Shown one piece after another: positions 19,520 through 30,766 of a DNA stretch of 50,081 nt (position 1 is its first letter; every line of letters begins with the position of its first letter). The stretch spans positions 1 through 50,081 of IMG/VR virus record IMGVR_UViG_3300035670_000313; one strand, given 5' to 3'. The stretch is from a virus (Duplodnaviria > Caudoviricetes). The notes under the pieces were generated by a model. That model was not told the origin of the DNA. It did not search any database and saw only the letters and a list, made by a program, of their open reading frames with translations. The position numbers were made by a program, and so were the translations under genes.

Positions 19520-22500
19520 GTGTCTGTTGAAATTCGTGCTAAGCTTTCTCTTGATTCTAGCGGCTTTGTAAAAGGTTCTGGAGATGCTACAAAAGCAGTC
19601 AAGGGACTTGGCGACGCAGCTGATGCAGCTGGCAAGACGACCACACAAAGTCTTACTGCAGCCGAGAAGGCTGCTTCTGGTGCGGCTAAGGCCCTTTCTG
19701 ATTATAGAAAGATAAAGGCCGAAGCTGCTGGGAGAAGCAGGAGCGGTAGCGAACAAGCCCTAATGGCACTTGGAGCATTGACTCCATTCGGCAAGGCTTT
19801 TAACGCCGGTGCTGAAGCAGAGGCCAAAGCGTATCAGGCACACCTTGACCGCCTTGCGATTTTCAGGCAAGCTGCAGTTGACAAGATTGCAAAGCAAAAG
19901 CCTCTATTCAACGAGAGCTCCCTGGCTGAGCTTGACCGCCAAGCTCCACGTATTCGCTACGCACTTTACGATATCGGCAACCAAGCCCTTGCAGCCAGCG
20001 CAGCTCTTACTGGTTTTGGAATTGCAGCCGTAACCGCCTTTGCAAAGTTCGAGTCTGCTTTTACTTCAGTTGAGAGAACCAGCGGACTTACTGGTGCTGC
20101 ACTAGAAAACCTGAGAACTCAGCTAATCGACCTTTCAACCGTTGTGCCGGTCAGCTTTGAGGACATCGCAAGAATTGCAACCCTTGGTGCACAGATGGGT
20201 ATCGCAGCTGATAGTCTCGGAGAGTTTACCAAGACTGTATCAGAGTTCTCCACAATCACTGGCATTAGCGTTGAGGAAACTGCTCAGGCCTTTGGTCGCC
20301 TAGCACAGCTAATGAACGTTCCTGTAACCCAGTTTGAAAACCTATCCTCAGCCGTAGCTTTTGCAGGTGTTAACGCAGTTGCAACCGACCGCGAGATTGT
20401 AGTTATGGCTGAGTCAATTGCAGCCACTGGAACTCAGGCTGGCCTATCTGCCGACGAGGTTGTTGGATTTGCCACTGCCCTAGCCTCTCTGAAGGTACGC
20501 CCAGAAGAGGCCCGTGGCGTACTTGTGCGACTATTTAGAACCATTGACCTTGCGGTCTCGGAAGGTGGCACAGCTCTTGATGACTTTGCTAAGGTTATTA
20601 ATTCTACTGCAGCTGATACTGCAACGCTCTGGAAGCAAGACCCAAGCCAATTTGTACAGGCGTTTTTGGCTGGAGCCAAATCTGGTGACCAGCTTAACGC
20701 AGTTATCACCGCTCTTGGCATCACTAACACTCGTGAACTTAACGTAATCCAGAGGCTTGCTGGAAACATTGATGTACTGAAGTCCTCGCTAGATGATGCA
20801 GCTGGTTCCTATGCAACTGGCACCTACGCAAGCGAGGCATATGGCAAATCGCTAGACGACCTGCAGTCTCGTCTGACAGTTCTAACCAACTCGCTGACTG
20901 CATTAATCTCAGAGGTTGGAGCTCCGCTAGGTGAGTTCCTAAAGCCTGTAGTTGTTATTCTTACTGAGATTGTTAACGGTGTCCGCAAGTTTAGCGAAAG
21001 CGCTCCACTGCTTTCTGCAATCGTCACAGTGCTTGCAACTCTAGCAGGCCTATTCTTGGCTATTAAAGCTGGACTAGCACTCACAATAGCAGGTTTGCTT
21101 GCATTTAGAACTGCAATCACAGGATTGAATGGGGCTCTTGGCGGAATGGGCATCAGCCTAAAGACCGCAATGGTGCTAACAAAGCAGATGACTGTTGACT
21201 TGCTGTCTTCAGGTAATGCAGCAGGCGGTTCTGCTGTAAAGTACTCAGCATTTACCGCGTCACTGGTTCGTTACGGAGTTAGCGCTAGAGCTGCAACCGT
21301 GGCCACCAGGGCGCTAACTCTTGCAACTGGCCCACTTGGCTGGGCGCTTACTGCAATTGGCCTAGCTGCTAGCATGGTTGACTGGGGCAAGATTGCAAAC
21401 GGAAGCGACCAGGCTGGTCAAGCCATGATTGATGCTGCCGGTGGGGCCGATGCTTTGAAGGAAGCAATTAGACTTGACACTGAGTCTGGCGCTAAAGGGT
21501 ATGCTGAGGTCGCAATCGGGATTGCAGCCCTAAGTGATGAGCAGATTAAAGCCAGAAGGGCAGTCCTTCAGGCCTCTGTTGCAAGACTCGAAGATAACAA
21601 AAATACAAAGGCTGGACAGGACGCTTACGAAAAAGCCAAAACAGCTCTAAAAGAATTCAACGATGAAGTTGATAGGGCAAATGCTGGGGTCAGCACTAAT
21701 ACCGCTGTGTTGGGAGACAACACTGCTGCCTTTATTCTTAACGGCCTGTCGAAGATGGGCGAAGACGGGGCTAAGAACTTCTGGGTTGAACTTACCTCAT
21801 TGCCTGCTGGAACTCAAGCAGCCCTAACTGCACTTGGATTTGATGCTGGCCAGATGGTTTCAGAGGGCCTTAAAGAAGGTGGAGAAACTTCTGAGCAATA
21901 CTCCACAAGATTTGCTAATGCTCTTAGTTTTGTCCAGGTAAGCGCAAATCTTGCTGCAAAAGACTTGGCTAGAATTCTAAAAGAACAGTACAAGATTGAC
22001 ATTGATGCTGCCGGAGTTGAGAAACTCCGTAAGCAAATGGAAGAAACTGGCCCAGTTGCTGGTGACTATCGAGATGTTTTGATTGAGGGCGGTAAGGGCT
22101 CTGATGTTGCTGCTAGGGCTACAATTGCAAACGTCAAGGCACAGGATTCGCTTGGTACTGCCCTAAAAGGCGTAGGTGCCGATGCTGGAGACACTGGCGA
22201 ACAGGTTCAATCTCTAGCAGAGCAGCTTCGTCAGTACACCAATGCAGCTCTAGCTGCCTACCTTGGCTCAACTACCCTTAACAGCACTTTTGCAAATGTT
22301 GCACAGTCTGTTGCTGACCTAAACGGACCGCTTACCACGCTAACCGAAGAAGGCCGTGAGGGAATCCAGGCTTGGGCAGCCTTTATGAACCAGGCTCTTG
22401 AGCAGTCAATTGCAAATGGCGGAGACTTCACAAGTGCAATTGCGACCATGGCATCCGGCCTTGCTGTGCTAGAAGCGCAGGGTAAGAACACGACTGTTCA

Positions 22501-24505
22501 GTTCCAGATGCTGCGCGATGCCATTGTGCAGAACATCGTTAAGACTTCCCCAATCCTAAAAGCCTATGCCTCAGAGCTTGGAACCGCAACCAGCATCCCA
22601 GACCTGCAGGACAAGATTAACCAGAGAATCCTGCTAGCAAAAGCAGATGCTGTTTTGTTCCTGGGGAAGGGAGATATCAGCCGCTACAACTCAATCATGG
22701 CTGATGTCACAAATCTACAAAAGATTGCCGACTCGCTTGGGGGCTCTGGCAGCCAGATAACTGACTTCAGCAAGGTTTACTCCGATGCTATGAAGGACAT
22801 CGACAAGTCAACTGCCAAGGCAAAGACCGCACTTGAGAAGTTGATGGAGCAAATCAATAAGGCCTTCAAGTACACCAACCTATTTGTAAATGTACGCAGC
22901 TCTCTCGACTCACTTGGCGACTCGCTCCGAGAGAATGGCAAGAGCTTTGACAGCTTCACAGAGGCTGGCCGTTCAAACATCGGAGCTCTACAGGGTGTAA
23001 TTAACCAGCTGGCTCAGCGTTCAGGTGGAGACGTAAAGAAGTTTGCCAACGAGCTGGCTTCTCTCCGCAAAGTTCTTGCCGATGCCGGTGTTCCAGCTGC
23101 TGGCCTAAAGATAATTGACAACGTCCTAAAGCAGCTGAGGACCAAGGGCAAAGCATCTGCTTCTACTATGAAGGAGCTAGCCAAGGCGCTTGGCGAAGTT
23201 TCTGCAGAACGTGCCCCGCTTGAGAAAATTGTAGAAGTAACTAGCCGCATCGCACAGGCTGTACAGTCCGCATTCGCAGCCAACTTCGCATACTCCGACT
23301 CAATCGATGCAGTAACGCTTGGTTGGGAGGCGATGGCTGATGCCCAGGAGCAGGCCGCAAAGAGGATTGCTGACCTAAAGCAAGAGTCACTAGATGCTGC
23401 TGATGCAATTACTGAGGCTAAGCTTGCAATCGACGAAGCAAATGCGTCTATCGCAGAGCTAACTGCGAGTAGAAGCAAGGTCGAGTACCAACTTCAGATT
23501 GCCCTGAAATACGGTGACACACTTCGTGCGAATGAGCTGCAGGCAAAACTTGCTGAGATTGATGCTGATGTTGCCAAGGAGCGCAACAACGTTGCCGAGG
23601 CGAACAAGGAAATCGCAGACTCTCAGCAGCGCATTGCGGACATTAATACTGAGCTAAACCGCCCTAAGACTGCCACTGAAATCATCAACGAGAACAAAGC
23701 TCTGCGCGACATGGCTTCAAGCTATGGCAACATGACCACCTTTATGCTGATGAATGCAGAAGAGGGCGCGAACCTAAATGACATCATTGAAAAGCAGGTA
23801 ACTGCATTTAAGAACAACGCAATCGCCATGGGTTACACCGAGACTCAAGCTAATGCTGTAGCCGCTGTGCTTCGTGACTCACTGCTTGGCCAGATTAACG
23901 CGGTCAACGATGCAAAGATGGACCTTGGCATCACTGTAAACACTACCGATGCAACCGATGACATGAGCCAATTTGTCACCGATGCAAATGAGCTACTAAA
24001 AGGAGTTCAGCCAGCTAAGGTCAAGGTCGAAACTGACAAGGCAAAGGCTGATGTGGTCGCTGCTGTAAGGTCAATCAACGCACAGCTAGATAACATCAAG
24101 AGCCGCACCGTTACTGTAACAACTGTCTACAACTCAACCGGAGGAAGCGCTCTAGGCGTAGTCAAGAGGGCATCTGGTGGACTTGTAACTGGCCCAGGAA
24201 CTTCGACCAGCGACAGCATCGCGGCTCGCTTGTCTGATGGTGAGTATGTTGTAAAGGCATCGGCAGTCAAGTATTACGGTACCGACTTTATGAACGCACT
24301 AAACAACATGTCGCTACAGCGTGGTGCGATGGCTGGAGCAAGCATTTCGGTTGCCGGCTCACAGACTGTCTATCTATCTCCAGAAGACCGCCAGCTACTT
24401 CGTCAGGCTATCGACCGTCCGATTGCACTGTACACTGATAACGCAGTTATCGCTAAGTCTGCAAATGACGGCAACACAATCCTAGCTCAAAGGGGTATTA
24501 GATAA
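19520..24505 (+). CDS. Tape measure protein
   Basis: 1661 aa, Ala-rich, TP901-type core, C-terminal ASGGLVTGPGTSTSDSI. Confidence 0.95.
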   Translation: MSVEIRAKLSLDSSGFVKGSGDATKAVKGLGDAADAAGKTTTQSLTAAEKAASGAAKALSDYRKIKAEAAGRSRSGSEQALMALGALTPFGKAFNAGAEAEAKAYQAHLDRLAIFRQAAVDKIAKQKPLFNESSLAELDRQAPRIRYALYDIGNQALAASAALTGFGIAAVTAFAKFESAFTSVERTSGLTGAALENLRTQLIDLSTVVPVSFEDIARIATLGAQMGIAADSLGEFTKTVSEFSTITGISVEETAQAFGRLAQLMNVPVTQFENLSSAVAFAGVNAVATDREIVVMAESIAATGTQAGLSADEVVGFATALASLKVRPEEARGVLVRLFRTIDLAVSEGGTALDDFAKVINSTAADTATLWKQDPSQFVQAFLAGAKSGDQLNAVITALGITNTRELNVIQRLAGNIDVLKSSLDDAAGSYATGTYASEAYGKSLDDLQSRLTVLTNSLTALISEVGAPLGEFLKPVVVILTEIVNGVRKFSESAPLLSAIVTVLATLAGLFLAIKAGLALTIAGLLAFRTAITGLNGALGGMGISLKTAMVLTKQMTVDLLSSGNAAGGSAVKYSAFTASLVRYGVSARAATVATRALTLATGPLGWALTAIGLAASMVDWGKIANGSDQAGQAMIDAAGGADALKEAIRLDTESGAKGYAEVAIGIAALSDEQIKARRAVLQASVARLEDNKNTKAGQDAYEKAKTALKEFNDEVDRANAGVSTNTAVLGDNTAAFILNGLSKMGEDGAKNFWVELTSLPAGTQAALTALGFDAGQMVSEGLKEGGETSEQYSTRFANALSFVQVSANLAAKDLARILKEQYKIDIDAAGVEKLRKQMEETGPVAGDYRDVLIEGGKGSDVAARATIANVKAQDSLGTALKGVGADAGDTGEQVQSLAEQLRQYTNAALAAYLGSTTLNSTFANVAQSVADLNGPLTTLTEEGREGIQAWAAFMNQALEQSIANGGDFTSAIATMASGLAVLEAQGKNTTVQFQMLRDAIVQNIVKTSPILKAYASELGTATSIPDLQDKINQRILLAKADAVLFLGKGDISRYNSIMADVTNLQKIADSLGGSGSQITDFSKVYSDAMKDIDKSTAKAKTALEKLMEQINKAFKYTNLFVNVRSSLDSLGDSLRENGKSFDSFTEAGRSNIGALQGVINQLAQRSGGDVKKFANELASLRKVLADAGVPAAGLKIIDNVLKQLRTKGKASASTMKELAKALGEVSAERAPLEKIVEVTSRIAQAVQSAFAANFAYSDSIDAVTLGWEAMADAQEQAAKRIADLKQESLDAADAITEAKLAIDEANASIAELTASRSKVEYQLQIALKYGDTLRANELQAKLAEIDADVAKERNNVAEANKEIADSQQRIADINTELNRPKTATEIINENKALRDMASSYGNMTTFMLMNAEEGANLNDIIEKQVTAFKNNAIAMGYTETQANAVAAVLRDSLLGQINAVNDAKMDLGITVNTTDATDDMSQFVTDANELLKGVQPAKVKVETDKAKADVVAAVRSINAQLDNIKSRTVTVTTVYNSTGGSALGVVKRASGGLVTGPGTSTSDSIAARLSDGEYVVKASAVKYYGTDFMNALNNMSLQRGAMAGASISVAGSQTVYLSPEDRQLLRQAIDRPIALYTDNAVIAKSANDGNTILAQRGIR

Positions 24506-25383
24506 TGGACCGCAAAGTTTACTTTGGTAACTCAGTTAAGCAGATGTGGATACCTGCCCCTAAGACGGGCCTGAACGCCTCCTCGCAGGCTTTCTTTACC
24601 GATACCCAACTACTTACTGGTCGAGCTTATTTGCGTCGCTCAGCGGCCAACCACAGGCGTTTCTCGCCTGCTTGGGTCGGTGCGCTAAACGCTGACTCGG
24701 CATCCGACAGCTTGCACACCATCAAGGACTACTTCGATGGGCTTTACGGCGATGGCCCGTTCTACTGGCTGGACCCATTTGCCATTGATACCAACTTGCT
24801 ACCACCAAACTGGGCCGCTCCGATGCTCAGCGTTGCAGACTGGTCGCCAATCTCCTCCATTGGCACTAGCGCCTTGGTGGATACTCCGGCAAACACCCGC
24901 GACTACCCATACAAGTCGCTTGAACTCAGCTTTGGAGCATCAGTAGCTGAGAGCACCCAGTCTGTGCGAATCATCATCCCGACTGGGCACAAGCTGCACT
25001 TTGGTTGGCATGGGGAGCAGGTGAGCGGCGACGCATCTGTTTACCTACGTGCCTATCCTCGCACTGGTGGTGCCGCTACGGACTTCCTGGCAGACCCAAT
25101 TGCGGTAACCAGCGCTATCCGCACTAACGAGTCTGTCAGCGGAACGACCTACTCCATGGTTGATATAATTATTAAGAACCCTACCGCATCAGAGAGCGTC
25201 ATTGAGATTGCTGGCATGATTGCACAGGTGCTGCCAGAGACCGACTCAGTAGCTCAGGGTGGATTTATCTCAGGACGTGGAACAATGGGCTTGCAGTTCT
25301 CCTCAGCGCCTAGCATCACTTACATTTCATCCAAGCTTAACAGCGGATTTGTGGAGCTTGCCACTGACTTCATCGAGGAGTAG
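24505..25383 (+). CDS. Minor tail protein (distal tail-like)
   Basis: Immediately after tape measure. Confidence 0.65.
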   Translation: MDRKVYFGNSVKQMWIPAPKTGLNASSQAFFTDTQLLTGRAYLRRSAANHRRFSPAWVGALNADSASDSLHTIKDYFDGLYGDGPFYWLDPFAIDTNLLPPNWAAPMLSVADWSPISSIGTSALVDTPANTRDYPYKSLELSFGASVAESTQSVRIIIPTGHKLHFGWHGEQVSGDASVYLRAYPRTGGAATDFLADPIAVTSAIRTNESVSGTTYSMVDIIIKNPTASESVIEIAGMIAQVLPETDSVAQGGFISGRGTMGLQFSSAPSITYISSKLNSGFVELATDFIEE

Positions 25384-25385
25384 CC

Positions 25386-26891
25386 TTGCCATCATTACAA
25401 ACGGTTAGCGGCAGTGGTAACTTTAAAGACGCTACTCTAATCTCATTCTCCTACTCTGAGGATGCAACTCCAAGCGACCCATATAAACTAGACGGCGGAA
25501 CTGGCCAGGTAAATGCTAGCGTAGTGGGCAACGAAGCGCCCAAGGGCAGTCGCATTGCAATCAACAACGAAGTCCGCCTAAGCGACGAGATTTACGGCGA
25601 TGTTTCATTTAACGTAAGACAAGTTTCAATTAATGAAAACTTGGTCAGCGTTGTTGGTGATACGGTTCAGGCAAAGCTCAACGTGGAGCGCACTGCTCCA
25701 CCTTACGGCAGCGATGCTGGCGGCTACACTCTTGCGACTGCAATCTATGACTACTGTGCACTTGCGGGCGTGACCCCAAACTTTGAGGCTGGGCTAGAAG
25801 CCAAGCTAGACCTGATTGACGTTGACTTTATCGGCTGGCAAGGTAATGTTTGGGAGTATCTAAAGATGCTCTGTGCAGCTTGCCCAATTGACGAGGACAA
25901 TGGCCTGCTTGAAATGTACATTCAGGATGACCAGCTTTGGTTCAGACAGGGGCTTAGCTTTGAGCTGGACAACGCTAGGCAAATAGGCAGCGAAAGCATC
26001 ACAATCAATTCCTTTGATGGCGCACAGCAGGTTACTGTTGCTAAATATGCAACTGATTACAGGGCTGACTCTGTCGTTAGGCAGCAGGGCGCAGAGAACG
26101 CGGGCTTTGCAAATCTAGAAAATGTATCAATTACCGACTCGATGCAGGTAAGCGCTAATGAGCGTATTGTGAGGCGAGTTGCCATCAACGCATCGCTAGA
26201 AAGCGTCAATCAGCCAGTTCCAGTTGCAAGCATTACGTCGCTGCCTTACAGTGGAGTAACTGGGGAGTACGTGATTGTTGGTAAAGATGGGCTGCCAATT
26301 CAGCCAGCCCAATGGGAGTCGCAGGGCGGCTCCTTAGCTGTGCGTCTGACTGAGAACCCTAACGAGATTGAACTTGAGATTGTAGGCGCAAACTTTCCTG
26401 AGCTTGAACCGTTTAGGATTGGTGTTGAGAGCTCCGGCGACGAGGAGTACCCAGCGCTTTATATTACTGGCACTGGAGTTTTCTTTGAGAAGTCCGAGCA
26501 CACAATCTATACTGGCGCTAGGGCGGACACGGATGTCAACGCACCGCAGATTGATAATCCTTTCATCACCGACGACAACAAGCTTTGGACTAGAGGAGTT
26601 GCTGCAGCCCAGGCGATTGCAGGACCATCATATCAGCTAAACCAAGAGATGCCATCTGGCGTTACTTTTGGCCAGTCGGTGGGAGCGGTAGTTTCAAGCA
26701 ATGACAGCAAGTTTAGAATTACAAGCATTAGCTATTCACACACTGGCGCTAGCCTAACTGGCAAGCAACATGTCACGTTTGCAGATTTCAACACCGCATG
26801 GGACGGCGAGACCTTTGACGACTTTAACACTGCCATGGATGGCCTGAGCTTTGACGAGTTCAGCGTAATCCCACTATCCAAGGAGAACTAA
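25386..26891 (+). CDS. Minor tail/baseplate hub protein
   Basis: 501 aa, synteny. Confidence 0.65.
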   Translation: MPSLQTVSGSGNFKDATLISFSYSEDATPSDPYKLDGGTGQVNASVVGNEAPKGSRIAINNEVRLSDEIYGDVSFNVRQVSINENLVSVVGDTVQAKLNVERTAPPYGSDAGGYTLATAIYDYCALAGVTPNFEAGLEAKLDLIDVDFIGWQGNVWEYLKMLCAACPIDEDNGLLEMYIQDDQLWFRQGLSFELDNARQIGSESITINSFDGAQQVTVAKYATDYRADSVVRQQGAENAGFANLENVSITDSMQVSANERIVRRVAINASLESVNQPVPVASITSLPYSGVTGEYVIVGKDGLPIQPAQWESQGGSLAVRLTENPNEIELEIVGANFPELEPFRIGVESSGDEEYPALYITGTGVFFEKSEHTIYTGARADTDVNAPQIDNPFITDDNKLWTRGVAAAQAIAGPSYQLNQEMPSGVTFGQSVGAVVSSNDSKFRITSISYSHTGASLTGKQHVTFADFNTAWDGETFDDFNTAMDGLSFDEFSVIPLSKEN

Positions 26892-28066
26892 TGACATTTC
26901 CATCTAACAATTTGCCGACTGCATCTAGGAACTGGGCACGTGAGGTAGAGAAAAAAGTCACGAACCTTGAGAGCAGCTTCCGCTCAGCTGAAGTTAACAA
27001 CGTTACACGTGACAGTCAGCTCAGCGTTACGGCAAACACTGCACTAAGTGTAGCAACTGTAGCGCAGCAGGCTGCTACTGATGCAAATAATGCAATTAAT
27101 GGCCTAATAAGCCTTGGCTCTGATGGCTCAAGTTATGATGTAGCTGCAGGAAATATTACAGCTGGTACTGTTAGCGGTCTTAATGTGGTTGGAGGCACTC
27201 TTTCAACTTCTGGTGCTAGGCACGTTGAAATCTCTGGAACCCAGGCAACTTTTTACGATAATAGCGGGGCTTTTTCAGGACGAGTAACTGCAGCTGAAGA
27301 TGGCAGAGCTGCCACTTTGTACATTGGAACCGGAGTCAGCGGTGTATTTATGTACAATGGAGGTCTTGAGCTAGAGGCCAATGGCCTTGTCCAGGTCACT
27401 GGTGGCAATGGCTTTCACTCTGCAGGTCCAATCAGCACTGACTCAAACTTAACTGTTGATGGTTCTTTAACTGTTGGGTCCTTTAACCCATCATCAATCA
27501 GCACTGGTTCGATTACGGCATCATCGTTAACAGTTGGGACAAGTCAAGTTAATTCAACAAGCATTTATGGTCAGTCGGTAACCGGAGACAGCGTCGGTGG
27601 CGGCTTTGCAAACTTTACTGGTTCCGTAACGGGGCAAAGCGGAGTTTCAAGTGGCGGTGCCTTGACTAGAACCCAGCTTGCTGGTGGTGGCACTACTGGA
27701 GCATCAATCACCGACGGTGGAAACTTTGTTAGAACCAGCTCGTCTGCTAGGTACAAGACAGATATTCAAGACCTTGACATTGCTTATGAGACCGTACTAT
27801 CCTTGCAGCCTAAAAAATTCAGGCGTAAAGATGAAGTAGAATCTCGTGGAGATGAGGCTAGATATTACCCTGGATTTATTGCTGAGGACCTAGCAGGCAC
27901 AGGGATGGACATCTTTGCTTTTTATGAGAAGCTAGAGGATGGTTCAACTAGGCCAGATGGCATCCACTATGCTGAGCTAACTGCAGCTTTGATTTCTGCC
28001 TTAAAGCATCAAGACCAGCTAATCAAAGACCTGACAGCCCGCATCGAAGCGCTAGAGTCCAGATAG
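26891..28066 (+). CDS. Tail spike/fibre with C-terminal intramolecular chaperone (peptidase S74-like)
   Basis: SSARYKTDI...GFIAEDL...YAELTAALISALK..coiled coil. Confidence 0.85.
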   Translation: MTFPSNNLPTASRNWAREVEKKVTNLESSFRSAEVNNVTRDSQLSVTANTALSVATVAQQAATDANNAINGLISLGSDGSSYDVAAGNITAGTVSGLNVVGGTLSTSGARHVEISGTQATFYDNSGAFSGRVTAAEDGRAATLYIGTGVSGVFMYNGGLELEANGLVQVTGGNGFHSAGPISTDSNLTVDGSLTVGSFNPSSISTGSITASSLTVGTSQVNSTSIYGQSVTGDSVGGGFANFTGSVTGQSGVSSGGALTRTQLAGGGTTGASITDGGNFVRTSSSARYKTDIQDLDIAYETVLSLQPKKFRRKDEVESRGDEARYYPGFIAEDLAGTGMDIFAFYEKLEDGSTRPDGIHYAELTAALISALKHQDQLIKDLTARIEALESR

Positions 28067-28080
28067 GATAAAATAGACAC

Positions 28081-28443
28081 ATGGCAACTACTCCAAAGGG
28101 AATCTATTACCCAACCGCAAGCGACCAGGTAGCACCGCTACACACCGTGTTCGCTGGCGTTGCCTCAAGCGTTGATGCGGCCCTGCCCCTATCTGGCAGC
28201 GAGGCTGTCAGCTTCAGCGGAACAACTGCGGGTGCAACTCAGACCGTGACTGTAACCTTTGCCACTACCCAGCCGACTGCGCCATCTAAAATCTTAGCAA
28301 CTGTGCGTGGGCCAGTCAGCGGCTCTAGCTCCTATGTCGTGACGGTTATGAACAGTACAACCACAAGCTTTACTGCAATTATCTATAGGCTGAACGCGGG
28401 CTCAGCACAAAACATTAACCTAGTCTGGTCGGTGATGAACTAA
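28081..28443 (+). CDS. Small virion/tail protein
   Basis: MATTPKGIYYP start, beta-rich. Confidence 0.55.
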   Translation: MATTPKGIYYPTASDQVAPLHTVFAGVASSVDAALPLSGSEAVSFSGTTAGATQTVTVTFATTQPTAPSKILATVRGPVSGSSSYVVTVMNSTTTSFTAIIYRLNAGSAQNINLVWSVMN

Positions 28444-29048
28444 TGCCACGTTTACCTTTTCCTGAGTCAACTATAACTGGAGTCTATGGCTCTATGTCTG
28501 AGTTCCGTAAGAAGAACGGAATGCAGGCACACTCTGGTACTGACTTTGCGCCAGCTGGTAGCAACAAGAAGAAGGCTCTAATCCCATTTGTTGCGAAGGG
28601 CAAGATTACCCTAATCCAGTGGAGCAATGTTCTCGGCTGGGTTGTTGAGCACACCGCCTGGGACGTAAAGAAGAAGAAGGCAGCCTACATCGGCTACTCC
28701 CACCTAGCTTGCGCTAAGCATGGCGTTAACTGCAAGGGTGGGCACGATGCTGCTATTGCAATTCCTAGCCTTAAGGTAGGCCAGGAGATTGAGGAAGGCG
28801 CAACTGTGCTGGAGATGGGCAACACTGGCTCAGCTTCCAGTGCAAAGCACCTGCACTTGACAATCTCGTGGAAGCACAAGGGTGTATTCGGCATGACTGC
28901 CGACAAGTTTGATTTTGTAGAATGGGTGAAGACGCAGGTAGTTCCTGCCGTAAAGGGCGCAGTAAAGAAAGCAGCTGCAAAAGTATCAGCAGCTGATACA
29001 AAAACAGCTAAAAAGACATGCGCAACATGTGGACAGGAAATCAAGTGA
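28443..29048 (+). CDS. Endolysin, M23 family peptidase
   Basis: HSGTDF and GNTG..S...HLHL motifs. Confidence 0.85.
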   Translation: MPRLPFPESTITGVYGSMSEFRKKNGMQAHSGTDFAPAGSNKKKALIPFVAKGKITLIQWSNVLGWVVEHTAWDVKKKKAAYIGYSHLACAKHGVNCKGGHDAAIAIPSLKVGQEIEEGATVLEMGNTGSASSAKHLHLTISWKHKGVFGMTADKFDFVEWVKTQVVPAVKGAVKKAAAKVSAADTKTAKKTCATCGQEIK

Positions 29049-29386
29049 TTGACAAGCTAAAAAATATTCTCATCCGTTCTATCGGTGTAATTATGTTCGC
29101 CTTTATTCCAGGCATGGCAGTTGGCGGTCCAACCGTCGGCTGGCTTATGGGTGGTGTAATTGGTGTTGCAACCGTTTTCTCTAGCATCATCATTTTCTTC
29201 GGTGTGCAGCTAGCTTGGGATGCAATGATTTCTCATGAAGATATTGAGAAGGGCTTTAGGGCCGCAGTTGCTAAGCAAGCTGCCGAGAACGAGGATGTTC
29301 GCAAGGCAGTAGAAGACCAGTCTGCAAACTACGATGGATTTGATGACATCGAGTTTGACGACTCTGACCCGGAACTATCCAAGTAA
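29045..29386 (+). CDS. Holin-like membrane protein
   Basis: Two hydrophobic helices, acidic tail; GTG overlaps lysin stop. Confidence 0.65.
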   Translation: MIDKLKNILIRSIGVIMFAFIPGMAVGGPTVGWLMGGVIGVATVFSSIIIFFGVQLAWDAMISHEDIEKGFRAAVAKQAAENEDVRKAVEDQSANYDGFDDIEFDDSDPELSK

Positions 29387-29400
29387 GTTAGGATTGCACA

Positions 29401-29658
29401 ATGGCAGAGTCAGCTAACAATAGGGATTGGGTAGAGGTACTCGTTGCCATTGGGCGCATCGAGGAAGGCATTAAAGGATTGCGTGACTCCATCGAGAGAC
29501 TAGATAAAAAATCTGACGCGCAAGACAGTGCAATCAATGAGATGCAGCTGGAAATTCAGCAGCTAAAGACTCAGCGTAGCACCGTCAAGGAAAACGTAGC
29601 ACTACTAATCTCAGTGCTCGCGGTTATCACAGCGTTATATAGTGTTCTAGGAAACTAG
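29401..29658 (+). CDS. Membrane-anchored coiled-coil lysis accessory protein
   Basis: Coiled coil plus C-terminal TM helix. Confidence 0.55.
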   Translation: MAESANNRDWVEVLVAIGRIEEGIKGLRDSIERLDKKSDAQDSAINEMQLEIQQLKTQRSTVKENVALLISVLAVITALYSVLGN

Positions 29659-29682
29659 GACGGTTAGAAACCCGACAAGCGA

Positions 29683-29713
29683 GAACCCCCCTGCAGAGGT
29701 GACAGGGGGGTTC
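29683..29713. terminator. Probable bidirectional terminator between convergent arms
   Basis: GAACCCCCCTG/CAGGGGGGTTC perfect 11-bp stem. Confidence 0.8.
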
Positions 29714-29717
29714 TTCG

Positions 29718-30035
29718 TTATTCGTCTTCGTTATCTTCGTAAAAGCGGGCAGCTTCCTCTCTGACTGCCTCGGCATCGAACTGCATATGAGCGTGACAGA
29801 ACTGGCAGGGAACCGGCTCTAGGCAGGGCCTATCGCAGTGCTCACACCAGAAGTGTTTATCCTCTGTGCCAGCGTCTACAACAGGATTTCCACAACCACA
29901 GACCATTAGCACAGACAGGGTCATGCCCGTCTCTTTGTCTGTCATTGTGTAGCCTAGATACTCGTGCTCTGGCTCGGAAAATGCAGGCGGTGGAACTTCT
30001 AGCTTAAAAAGCCTAGCTATCCACCGCCGAATCAT
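29718..30035 (-). CDS. Cys-rich (Zn-binding) hypothetical protein
   Basis: CGCG, CEHC, C..CQFC. Confidence 0.6.
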   Translation of the reverse strand: MIRRWIARLFKLEVPPPAFSEPEHEYLGYTMTDKETGMTLSVLMVCGCGNPVVDAGTEDKHFWCEHCDRPCLEPVPCQFCHAHMQFDAEAVREEAARFYEDNEDE

Positions 30036-30766
30036 ATCGCCCTTGTTACTGTTTTGTTAATTGAGATTGGTCCACGTTGCCACTTGCCACAATCTTGGCA
30101 TTGGAATCTGTGGTAAGTGCCCGACGCACTTCGTGCCACGCCTCTGCGCTGTAGGTGAGCAGAGCCACAGACCAAGCATCCCTCTTCGAGCCCATCATGC
30201 AGTGCTCGGTTTGGGTGGCCAGGAATCCAAGGCTTCAGAATCTCATAGAGGTCAATCAGTAGGTTGACATCCTGAATCTGGTACTTCTTCATCTCGGCCC
30301 AGGCCTTATTGTCGCCAGCCATACACTTCTTCCAGAGGTCGAAGCCTGAGTGTTGCACCTTGGCTCCGACACCCAGCGTCTGTGCCACGTAGTCCAGCTT
30401 GTTGCTTGGGAACTTGAACTGTGACTTCACGGCTAGCATCAAGTCCATCTCCTTGTAGGGTGATGGTGGCTTCATGCCCGCCTGCAAAAGCTCACGCTTC
30501 AAGTGCTTGGAGTCAAATGCCTTTGAGTTCCAGCCGACTAGTACATCGGCCTCGTCCAGCAGGCGGTGAACTTCCTGCAGCATGGCCTCTTTACCATCGT
30601 GGTGCACAGACTTGAAGATTACCTTCTTCTCTCCGTACCAGCGAGCGCCGAAGCACAGCATCTCGGTTGACTCCTCAATCTGGTTGATGGCAATGTTCTG
30701 CTTGAACAGGCCCCAGACGTAGGCCAGGTTTGGCGTTGTTTCAATGTCAAGAAAGAGTATCTTCAT
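30032..30766 (-). CDS. DEDD/RNase H-fold 3'-5' exonuclease with C-terminal Zn ribbon
   Basis: LFLDIET, WNSKAFD, YQIQDV; CLVC/CQDC. Confidence 0.85.
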   Translation of the reverse strand: MKILFLDIETTPNLAYVWGLFKQNIAINQIEESTEMLCFGARWYGEKKVIFKSVHHDGKEAMLQEVHRLLDEADVLVGWNSKAFDSKHLKRELLQAGMKPPSPYKEMDLMLAVKSQFKFPSNKLDYVAQTLGVGAKVQHSGFDLWKKCMAGDNKAWAEMKKYQIQDVNLLIDLYEILKPWIPGHPNRALHDGLEEGCLVCGSAHLQRRGVARSASGTYHRFQCQDCGKWQRGPISINKTVTRAI